Positions 18,072 to 26,109 of a stretch of DNA of 64,000 bases are shown here, one piece after another (positions within the stretch are counted from its first letter, which is position 1; the number at the start of each line of letters is the position of its first letter). The translations under genes and the position numbers were made by a program. This DNA is from Candidatus Nitrospinota bacterium M3_3B_026 (GTDB taxonomy: Bacteria; Nitrospinota_A; UBA7883; JBPRGF01), in the NCBI GenBank assembly GCA_051418015.1, contig JBPRGF010000033.1:288001-352000 (forward strand), given 5' to 3'. The notes under the pieces are model-generated. The model had not been told where the DNA came from, made no database searches, and was given only the letters and a program-made list of their open reading frames with translations.

Positions 18072-19562
18072 TCACGTCTCCTCGCCGTCCGAGGCCATGC
18101 GGGCGCGTTCGTGAGCCCAGCGGCGGAGGGCGTCTATATCCTCGGCCATGGTTTTTGAAAGCGGCACGGATGAGCGCAGGGCTATCAATATGTCCTCGGT
18201 GGTGAACTCCCTCTTCGCGTCGAACCCGCTGTACATCGCCTCCACGACGGCCATCTCTATCTCCGCCCCGGAGTAGCCCTCCGCGGTGGCGGCAAGCTCC
18301 GGGACACGGAAGTTTTGCGCGGCGCGCTTTCGTTTCTCGATATGAATCCTGAAAATCTCCGTCCGTTCCCGCTCACGCGGCAGGTCGATAAAAAAAATCT
18401 CGTCGAACCGCCCCTTGCGCAGAAGCTCCGGCGGCAGGTCTGAGATGGAGTTGGCGGTCGCGATGACGAAGACGGGTTTTGTCTTCTCCTGCATCCAGGT
18501 CAGAAACGTCCCGAAGATGCGGGAGGTGACGCCCGCGTCGGTCGCGCCGGAGGATTTTATCCCCGAAAAGCCCTTTTCTATTTCGTCAATCCAAAGGATC
18601 ACCGGCGCGAGGGACTCGGCCGTGGCGATGGCTTTGCGCATGTTCTCCTCGGACGAGCCGATGAACGACGAGAATATTCGCCCCATGTCGAGCCGCAGCA
18701 GCGGCTGGTTCCAGAGGTTTGCGACGGCCTTGGCGGTGAGGCTCTTGCCGCAGCCCTGGACGCCGAGCAACAGGACGCCTTTGGGCAGCGGCAGGCCGTA
18801 TTCGCGGGCCCGCTGAGTGAAAGACTCCCTCCTGGCCGTCAGCCATTTTTTAAGCGCGCTCATCCCGCCCACGTCGGAGATGGTCTCGGAGGCGTCGTAA
18901 TAGTCGAGGGAGGCGGATTTTCTTATGAGCTGTTTTTTCTCGAACAGGACGAGCTCTATGTCACGCTCGTCGAAAACATGGTCGTTGAGCATCGCCTTCG
19001 AAAAGATCCTGCGCGCCTCGGTGATGGTCAGCCCGAGCGTGGCGTCCACCATGGCCTCCTTGCCGTCCTCGTCGAGGGAGGCGGAGAGCTTCGGGTTTCT
19101 CTGGGCGAAGGCCAGGGCCTCGTCGAGCATGGCGCGTATCTCCGCCCGGCCAGGCAGGGGCAGGTCGACAATGGTGATATCTTTCTCCAGCTCCGGCGGT
19201 ATCTTCTGAGACGGGGAGACTATGACCATCGTTTTGCTGGACTTGGCGAAGTCATCCACGACGTCCCGCATGAGGCGGATCACCACGTCGTCTTCCATGT
19301 AGTGGTGGAAGTCGCGAAACATGACTATCGCCGGGTCCGCGCCAGCTATGGCCCGCTCCAGCCCGTCGATGGCGTTATTGCGCGGAGGGTTGCTGATCTT
19401 GCCGGACGTCACAGACCATGTCTCGAACTTTTTCTTGAGGTCTGAGGCGATCTCCTTTAAAAGCTTCTCGGCCCTGTCCTCCTCGAAGGTGAGCAGGTAA
19501 ATAACGGGGTACCTCGATCTTATAAGGAGCTTGAGCTCCTCGGCTGTTTTCGCTATCGGCAT
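18072..19562 (-). CDS. Ycf46-like AAA+ ATPase
   Basis: Degenerate N-terminal AAA (EEDRA, FRDFH), then [38 protein letters not shown]. Confidence 0.88.
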   Translation of the reverse strand: MPIAKTAEELKLLIRSRYPVIYLLTFEEDRAEKLLKEIASDLKKKFETWSVTSGKISNPPRNNAIDGLERAIAGADPAIVMFRDFHHYMEDDVVIRLMRDVVDDFAKSSKTMVIVSPSQKIPPELEKDITIVDLPLPGRAEIRAMLDEALAFAQRNPKLSASLDEDGKEAMVDATLGLTITEARRIFSKAMLNDHVFDERDIELVLFEKKQLIRKSASLDYYDASETISDVGGMSALKKWLTARRESFTQRAREYGLPLPKGVLLLGVQGCGKSLTAKAVANLWNQPLLRLDMGRIFSSFIGSSEENMRKAIATAESLAPVILWIDEIEKGFSGIKSSGATDAGVTSRIFGTFLTWMQEKTKPVFVIATANSISDLPPELLRKGRFDEIFFIDLPRERERTEIFRIHIEKRKRAAQNFRVPELAATAEGYSGAEIEMAVVEAMYSGFDAKREFTTEDILIALRSSVPLSKTMAEDIDALRRWAHERARMASDGEET

Positions 19563-19571
19563 TTTTTGAGT

Positions 19572-20510
19572 TCAGACCTCCAGAAAGTCGAAGTGGCCCG
19601 CCGGTTTTTCCGCCTTCCTTTCGCCTACGGTGTAGCACGCCACGAACCCCTTGCCATCCGCGGCCACGAACCTGTCCCCCTTCCCGCTCATTTCCACCAG
19701 CGTCCAGGAGTGATCCGTCTTCGTTCTCCACAACACGTCACCGGCGGTGTTCATGACGGCGATGTGCCCGTTCAGGCTCACGGCGGCGACCCTGTCCCCC
19801 TTCGCGTCTACCCCCATTTTGATGACCGGGAACCCAGGGTTGAAGGTCGTCATCTGCCCGTCGGCGAGGTCGATGACGTTGAAACCCGCCTCCCTCGCTG
19901 GCAGGAATATCCTCTCCCCCCGCTCCGTGACCTGCAACCCGCTGACCAGCGTGTCCAGGCTCGTTTCGCCCATGGGGTTGAATCTGTTGTCGTAGCGGGC
20001 GAGCCACCCATGAGCGCTTGCCACGTACAGCGTCCCCGCCCGCGAGGTTATGCGCGCGTGGGCGACGGGCTGGGGGGTGTGGAGGATGCGCGCCCGTTCG
20101 CCCTGGGAGTTTATGATATGCAGTCTGCCCCGCTGGCAGACGACCACGGCGGCCTGGCCTCTCGATTTTATGGCCAGGGTCACGGGCTGCCTGTCCACCC
20201 ATTTTTCCCACTCCAGCTCCGCGTCGCGGGTCACGCGCATGAGCCGCCCGTCACAGGTAAGGATGAAGACGCTCTCCCCGTCGCGGGTGACGCGGGCGGC
20301 GAGGGGGCCGCGGGAAAGTTTCTGGTCCCACAAGATGTTCCCTGTCCGGTCGAGCAGAACTATTCTCTCGCGGCGGTCGAGAACGGTTGTCTCTCCGGTG
20401 TTTTCGGCAAGGGACAAAAACTCCACGGCGCGGCCGTGCTCATGCGTCCACAGCCGGTTGACCTTGAGTCTTTTCACTTTTTCGATGTGACGAGAACGGC
20501 ATTGGCGCAA
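19572..20510 (-). CDS. WD40/PQQ-like beta-propeller protein
   Basis: Repeating beta-rich blades ending in LD.TG..LW / MN.AG..LW; no signal peptide; start may be GTG at 20477. Confidence 0.7.
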   Translation of the reverse strand: MRQCRSRHIEKVKRLKVNRLWTHEHGRAVEFLSLAENTGETTVLDRRERIVLLDRTGNILWDQKLSRGPLAARVTRDGESVFILTCDGRLMRVTRDAELEWEKWVDRQPVTLAIKSRGQAAVVVCQRGRLHIINSQGERARILHTPQPVAHARITSRAGTLYVASAHGWLARYDNRFNPMGETSLDTLVSGLQVTERGERIFLPAREAGFNVIDLADGQMTTFNPGFPVIKMGVDAKGDRVAAVSLNGHIAVMNTAGDVLWRTKTDHSWTLVEMSGKGDRFVAADGKGFVACYTVGERKAEKPAGHFDFLEV

Positions 20511-20709
20511 AAACGCTCGGAATCCAGAGTATCTTGCCAGAAAAGCGGCCGCCCGTCGAGCTTTTTAACCCCGCCCGCCATGCGTCCGCCTTGTCGCGCG
20601 CCGCTTTACGCATGGAATGTATGTTATCTTAAAGAGGCGCAGCCGGGCGCCGGTCCGGCGCAGTCCGAAAGTCTTCAACGCTATCGAAACCGAAAGGGGG
20701 CGGGTGGCC

Positions 20710-21099
20710 ATGACCCTCGGCGTGAAAGGCAAAAAAGCCCTGGTGATAGACGATTACCGCAGCATGAGAACCATGCTGAGGGAGACCCTGGAAGGGTACG
20801 GTTTCTCGGTCACAGAGGCGGAGAACGGCCTGGAGGGGCTGGAGAAGTTGCGCGCGGAGCCTTTCGACATGGTGTTCACGGACATCGTGATGCCGGTGAT
20901 GGACGGGCTGGAGTTCTGCCAGGAGGTCAAGACCGACCGGGAGCTTTACCGCATTCCCGTTGTGGCCCTGTCCACCCATACCGACGCCTCGTACCTCATA
21001 AAGGCCATAGACATGGGCGCCGACGATTATGTCCCAAAGCCGATACAGACGCCCCTGCTCGAAAAAGTGATCGCAAGGCTCGCGGATGGAGACCTCTAG
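20710..21099 (+). CDS. Single-domain response regulator (CheY-like)
   Basis: LVIDD, FTDIVMPVMDG (phospho-Asp), ALST, GADDYVPKP; probable ATG at 20710. Confidence 0.9.
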   Translation: MTLGVKGKKALVIDDYRSMRTMLRETLEGYGFSVTEAENGLEGLEKLRAEPFDMVFTDIVMPVMDGLEFCQEVKTDRELYRIPVVALSTHTDASYLIKAIDMGADDYVPKPIQTPLLEKVIARLADGDL

Positions 21100-23191
21100 G
21101 AAGCGGGAGAGCCAGAAGCTCGACCGCATGATGGTCAGGATCGAGCACCTTGACACGCTCCTGAATCTTGTCGGCGAGGTCATCATCACCTCCAACAACA
21201 TCGCCACCACCAATCGGCGAGTTCAGGAGTTCTACGATCGCAAGGAGCCGCTGGACAAGCTGTCGATGGACATGATCCGGTCCTCGGAGCTCATAAGCAA
21301 CAGGATATCCTCCGACCTTCACAGCCTGGTGATGGCCATCCGCATGGTGGAGGTGCGCTCCACCTTCCAGCGTTTCAGGCGCGTCGTCCGCGACGTGGCC
21401 AAGGAAGGGGGTAAACAGGTCGAGCTGGTCACGAGCGGGGAGGATACGCTCGTGGACAAAACCATCGCCGAGAAGCTTTATGATCCGCTGAACCACCAGA
21501 TTCGCAACGCCGTGGACCACGGGATAGAAGATCCCCTGGAGCGCCGCCGCGCCGGCAAGCCGGAGAAGGCGTCCCTCACGCTCAGGGCGTATCAGAGGGA
21601 GAACGACGTCTTCATCGAGGTGGCCGATGACGGCAGGGGGGTTGACCCGGAGGCCGTCGCGAAGGCGGCTGTGGAGAGGGGGCTTGTGGAGGAGGACGAG
21701 CTTTCCAGGATGACCGGCGACCAGAAGCTCGGGTTCATCTTCCATCCCGGCTTCTCCACAAGGTCCACCGCCAGCAGGATATCCGGCCGCGGCGTGGGGA
21801 TGGACGTGGTGAAAAACAACATAGAACAGCTCGGCGGAGAGATCATCATCGACACCAAACCCGGGCGCGGGACGACATTCATCTACCGCATCCCGCAGGT
21901 CACCGCCGTGAATATACTCGACTGCCTGACCATCCGCGCCGGGGTGGGCTATTACGCCCTGCCGATCCTCAACGTCGTGGCGACGCTGGCCGTCCCGGCG
22001 GAGAAGGTCAACTCCGCCCTCGGCAGGGGCAGGACGATAATGTACCTTGGCTCGCTGGTCAGCCTTTTCGACATGGCCGAGCTGCTGGGCGAGGAGCCGC
22101 TGCCCCCGGAAAAGGAGTTGACCGTGGTCATTGTGGAGGCCAAGAACGGGCGGATAGCCCTGCGGGTGTCGGAGCTTCTGAGCCCGGAGAAGCTCGTCTT
22201 CTCGCCGCTGGCGGACATTTTCAGGGTCCAGGGCGTCTCCGGGACGGCGTCGTTTTCGGGGGAGAGGATGGGCCTTGTCGTCCACGTCGAGGAGCTTGTG
22301 AACCGCTCCAGGGGCCTGCTGCCGGAATGGGCGAGGGAGGAGGACAGGCCGGAGGAGGCGGAGGAGCCCGCCGAGGCTGTCGAGCCGGCCATGGCGCGGG
22401 CCGTGGAGGAGGCGGAGGAGCCGGGCGTGGAGGATGAGGCTGTGGCGGAGGGGGAGATATCGCACCGCGAGGAGTTTTTCGCGGAGCTTGAGGATATCCT
22501 GAAAGAAGTGGACCAGGACCTGTTGACCCTGGAGAACAGCCCCGGCGACACGGAGCTTTTGAACCGGATTTTCCGCGCGTTCCACTCCATGAAGGGCAAC
22601 CTCATGATGGTGGGTCTCTCGGAGCTCGGCGGGTTCATCCACGAGGTGGAGGCGGTACTGGACCAGGCCCGGAGCGGGGAGGCCGCGGTGGACTCGGGGG
22701 TGATAGACCTCCTGCTCGACTCCGCCGACGCGGTCAAGGTGGCCCTGGACTCCATGACCAAGGGCGGGGCGCCGAAGATAGACAAGGCTCTCCTGGAAAG
22801 ACTGGAAGGGTATAAAAAGCCGGAGCGGGAGAAGGAGAAAGCGCCGGTGGACGTGACCCAGAGGACTTTCCACATCGGCTCCCTGGAGCGGTTCAACCTG
22901 ATGGCTCTCCGGTACTCGGGCCAGAATGTCTACCAGGTCTATCTTTCTTTCAAGCCGAAGTACCAGAGCCCTTTTCTGGTGGCGCTTCTCATTCTGAAGA
23001 GGATAACGAGGGTAGGGCACGTCTTCGGGTCCGTGCCCACGGTGGAGGAAATAGAGAACCAGAGGATAGAATCCCAGTTGAAGGTGATGTTTTCCTCGGA
23101 GCTTTCCCGGGAGGAGCTGGAAAAATACATACAGGACACCCTTGTGAGGTATTACGACGTCGATGACTACGAGATACTCAAATCCGCCTAG
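21086..23191 (+). CDS. cheA: CheA-like histidine kinase with permuted domain order (P3-P4-P5-P1-P2)
   Basis: P3 VRIEHLDTLLNLVGE; P4 IRNAVDHGIE, DDGRG, PGFST, SGRGVGMDVV; CheW-like P5; acidic linker; HPt RIFRAFHSMKG (His500); C-terminal P2-like domain. Confidence 0.92.
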   Translation: METSRKRESQKLDRMMVRIEHLDTLLNLVGEVIITSNNIATTNRRVQEFYDRKEPLDKLSMDMIRSSELISNRISSDLHSLVMAIRMVEVRSTFQRFRRVVRDVAKEGGKQVELVTSGEDTLVDKTIAEKLYDPLNHQIRNAVDHGIEDPLERRRAGKPEKASLTLRAYQRENDVFIEVADDGRGVDPEAVAKAAVERGLVEEDELSRMTGDQKLGFIFHPGFSTRSTASRISGRGVGMDVVKNNIEQLGGEIIIDTKPGRGTTFIYRIPQVTAVNILDCLTIRAGVGYYALPILNVVATLAVPAEKVNSALGRGRTIMYLGSLVSLFDMAELLGEEPLPPEKELTVVIVEAKNGRIALRVSELLSPEKLVFSPLADIFRVQGVSGTASFSGERMGLVVHVEELVNRSRGLLPEWAREEDRPEEAEEPAEAVEPAMARAVEEAEEPGVEDEAVAEGEISHREEFFAELEDILKEVDQDLLTLENSPGDTELLNRIFRAFHSMKGNLMMVGLSELGGFIHEVEAVLDQARSGEAAVDSGVIDLLLDSADAVKVALDSMTKGGAPKIDKALLERLEGYKKPEREKEKAPVDVTQRTFHIGSLERFNLMALRYSGQNVYQVYLSFKPKYQSPFLVALLILKRITRVGHVFGSVPTVEEIENQRIESQLKVMFSSELSREELEKYIQDTLVRYYDVDDYEILKSA

Positions 23192-23205
23192 CGGTGGTTT
23201 TCGCG

Positions 23206-24126
23206 ATGGCTGATATCGTGCTGGCGGGCGAACCGGACGAACAGCTGGGGGGAATAGGGCGCATCCTCGAGGGGGCGGGCGAGGCCGTGGAGCGTGTCGA
23301 GATGGAGATAACGGACCCGGCGTTCGCCGGCAGGCTGGGGAATCGGCGGTTCGGGGTCATCATCTCCAGGTTTCACGAAGGCGACCTGGCCTCCATAAAG
23401 GCGATGCAGTCGATCAGGATCGACAGGCCGTTCCTGAGCTTCATATTCATCTCCGACAGGGACATCCCGGCGTCGGTCCTGACGCTCATGTTCAACGAGG
23501 GGGCCTACGGGGCGCTCAGCGAGCCGCTCTCGGAGTCCTCGGCGGCCAGGCTCGTGAAACAGGCCATCAAGAAATCCCGGTGGAGCCTGGACGAGGCGGG
23601 CCTGAAGGAGGAGCTGAAACGCTCCAACGAGACCCTGAGAATGGAACTGGAGGAGAAGGAGAAAAAAATATCCAGACTCGAAGGCAGGGCGGGGGAGATG
23701 GAGCGGTTATGCTATTTTCTGCTTTCCGACAGGAGTTTCAGGCCGAAGACGATCAAAACCCTCTTCGTGTCGGACTCCGCCTACCAGCGCGGCCTGATCG
23801 AGGAGCGGTTCGCCAGGGCCGGTTTCCAGGTGATTGGGACGGACAGCGCGGAGAACGCCCTCCGCGAAATAAAAAACTTCAAACCGGATATCGTCGTGTC
23901 GGACCTGGAGCTTCCCGGCATGTCGGGCCTGGAACTGGCTCGGGAGGTGAAAGGCGGGGCCGGATATCCCCCCGTCCATTTCGTCATACTCACCGCCGGG
24001 GAGGGCAGGGCCGGTAGCGTCCTCGCTCCGGGGACCATGGTTGACGATTTAGTGATAAAACCGGCAGGGGAGGGTGATTACGACCGTGTGGTGGCGGAAG
24101 TGTCGCTGGGCATCCTGCGCCTGTGA
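23206..24126 (+). CDS. Pseudo-receiver / coiled-coil / receiver protein
   Basis: C-terminal REC with PDIVVSDLELPGMSG, ILT and KP; N-terminal REC-like fold with IISR in place of the phospho-Asp; central coiled coil (LKRSNETLRMELEEKEKK). Confidence 0.75.
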   Translation: MADIVLAGEPDEQLGGIGRILEGAGEAVERVEMEITDPAFAGRLGNRRFGVIISRFHEGDLASIKAMQSIRIDRPFLSFIFISDRDIPASVLTLMFNEGAYGALSEPLSESSAARLVKQAIKKSRWSLDEAGLKEELKRSNETLRMELEEKEKKISRLEGRAGEMERLCYFLLSDRSFRPKTIKTLFVSDSAYQRGLIEERFARAGFQVIGTDSAENALREIKNFKPDIVVSDLELPGMSGLELAREVKGGAGYPPVHFVILTAGEGRAGSVLAPGTMVDDLVIKPAGEGDYDRVVAEVSLGILRL

Positions 24127-24214
24127 GGGCTGGAGCCATGCGGGCGGGACAGGATGATCCCGCCTCACCGATGACTCGCGGGCGGAGGCGGGAAAAATCC
24201 AGCGAGTGGCCAAC

Positions 24215-24595
24215 TCAGTCGGCCTTGCCGGACTTGAGCTCGCGCCGGATATTTCTCAGGCGGGCGGCCTGCTTCTCCAGCTTGCCTATCTGCTCGTCCA
24301 CCCGGCCGAGAAGATTCTTTACGGCGTCGTCGATGTCCTCCACCCTGTCGGGGAAAGGCTCGCCCTCGCCGGTCATAAGCCAGTCCAGAGAACACCTGGT
24401 GTAGTTCCTGATCTTGATGAGGTTCTCGTATTTCGGGATCTTCTCCTTCTGCCAGTAATACTGGAAAAGACCCTTCTCTATCCCGACCTTCTTGCACCAG
24501 GCGTAGGGCTTGTCATCGCCGATCAGGAACCTCAGCCTGTCTTTGAAGGTTTTCAGCTTGGCCGGCTTTTTCCGGGTTGTCTTTTTGGCGCTCAT
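24215..24595 (-). CDS. XRE/CI-like helix-turn-helix protein with C-terminal coiled coil
   Basis: FKDRL...SLDWLMTGEG signature of CI-type HTH domains; no S24 peptidase domain. Confidence 0.75.
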   Translation of the reverse strand: MSAKKTTRKKPAKLKTFKDRLRFLIGDDKPYAWCKKVGIEKGLFQYYWQKEKIPKYENLIKIRNYTRCSLDWLMTGEGEPFPDRVEDIDDAVKNLLGRVDEQIGKLEKQAARLRNIRRELKSGKAD

Positions 24596-24875
24596 TTTTT
24601 ACTACCTCGTACACTTAAGCTATACTCTTCATTCTAATTTAAGATTTATTGTACCCGATGTAAAGAGCGAAACAGTGCTAAAATTGAATAATCCATAAAA
24701 AAGATGCGTTTTTTATAACACAATAAATATCAAGAAGATATCCTGTAACGAAGCCGCGTTTTTATGGTATGACGTGTTACGATTTTACCGCTCCGGGCCG
24801 GTCGCTTGCCCGGGATGTTTTATAACCCACAAGTACGCCAATTATTACCAGCGTCTCCTCGGGCTCGCCTGTGGC

Positions 24876-25442
24876 CTATAGTTTTATCTCCCCGATCATG
24901 GGGTGGTGCGTCACGGCCACCTCCACGTAGAGGTCGTTTCTATCGGGCGTGGTGAAGGGGACGTGCACGATGAGAGCCCCGGAGCCGTAGAGGGTCCAGC
25001 GGATGTTTTCCCCCACGATCACGCTGGGGATGCCGTTCGTCGCCTTCCAGCCCGTGAGTTCGTTGATCTTGAGCCGCGCCGCGCCTCCGACCTGGTTGGT
25101 GATTTCTCCGATGGCGCCTTCCACGTCCGGGTCGCGGTGGTTTTTGTACGGCGGATCGGCGAAAAGCATGTTGGTTGTGATCTCCAGTATGGCGGCCTTG
25201 GAGAAGGTGATGATGAACTGTCCGCCGTAGTCCCCCTCGAAGGAGATCGCGCCCGCCGCGTCGCCGTCGATGACGGCGTGTTTGGTGATGGTGGCGGCCT
25301 TGGTGCGGCTTGTCACCCTTGTCTGGCCGGTCGATGACATGACGTTCTCGGCGGCGGCGATGAAATTCTTGACGATCTTGGCCACCACTGGCCGCTGTAT
25401 GTTCTGCGCCCCCCCCGCTTTGGCCTGTGATTTAGAGGACAT
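24876..25442 (-). CDS. cheX: CheX-family CheY-P phosphatase
   Basis: ISFEGDYGG, AIGEITNQVGG (E-x-x-N), PSVIVGEN, VPFTT. Confidence 0.85.
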   Translation of the reverse strand: MSSKSQAKAGGAQNIQRPVVAKIVKNFIAAAENVMSSTGQTRVTSRTKAATITKHAVIDGDAAGAISFEGDYGGQFIITFSKAAILEITTNMLFADPPYKNHRDPDVEGAIGEITNQVGGAARLKINELTGWKATNGIPSVIVGENIRWTLYGSGALIVHVPFTTPDRNDLYVEVAVTHHPMIGEIKL

Positions 25443-25460
25443 TGCTGGTTGAATCCGGGC

Positions 25461-25823
25461 CTAATCCTTTTTTTCGATTATTATCCTGTCGCCTTCGCGT
25501 ATTCTCTCCCGCTTTTCCTTCTGGAAGGCCTCAACCTCCTCCATCAGCCTGGACGCCTCCTCCTCGGAAGTGGTGAAGGCGCGATACGTGACGCCCGACC
25601 CCGGCTCGCCTTTCGCCAGGATCTGGTACACCTTGCCCACCGGATCCCCCTCATCGCACTTGACGCTCTGTATCTTCACGATGCTGTCCGCGTCGACGGA
25701 TGCCAGGCCGGTCTCGCCGCCGCAGGAGAGTGTTTTGAACGTGACCTTGACATGGCTTGGCCCTCCGGCGAAAGAAAAAGAGGCCCAAAGCAGGGCTATC
25801 GGAAAAAAACGGAGCACTTTCAA
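25461..25823 (-). CDS. Hypothetical exported protein
   Basis: N-terminal signal peptide (MKVLRFFPIALLWASFSFA), two Cys; no recognised family. Confidence 0.65.
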   Translation of the reverse strand: MKVLRFFPIALLWASFSFAGGPSHVKVTFKTLSCGGETGLASVDADSIVKIQSVKCDEGDPVGKVYQILAKGEPGSGVTYRAFTTSEEEASRLMEEVEAFQKEKRERIREGDRIIIEKKD

Positions 25824-26109
25824 GGTTTTCCCACCCTAACCACACGCTTATACCTGGATTTATACAGTCTAACACCGTAATTTACGCCCGTACAGCCTTT
25901 TTCCCTTCTCGCCGGCTGGCCCCCGCGCCGTTCGGATTTTTTTTCGCCGCATGGAACTTTCTCCATTTCCCCGGTGTTTATGTTGTAAGGGATCGAGGCG
26001 CCAGGGGCGGAAATTTTCATCGCGTCGATTCCCGTCCAGGCAGCGTCTTGCCGCTTTTTGAGGGGGAAGGCGTTTTTTTGTGTGGAGACATCAACAGAGG
26101 AGCCAAGTT

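Noticed and set aside
24215..24595. Prophage suggested by the CI-like gene
   Set aside because: No integrase, structural or replication genes and no att-like repeats nearby.
26038..26052. Sigma-54 promoter-like GG...TTGC before the porin
   Set aside because: Only 9 nt between GG and GC; the -24/-12 motif needs 10.
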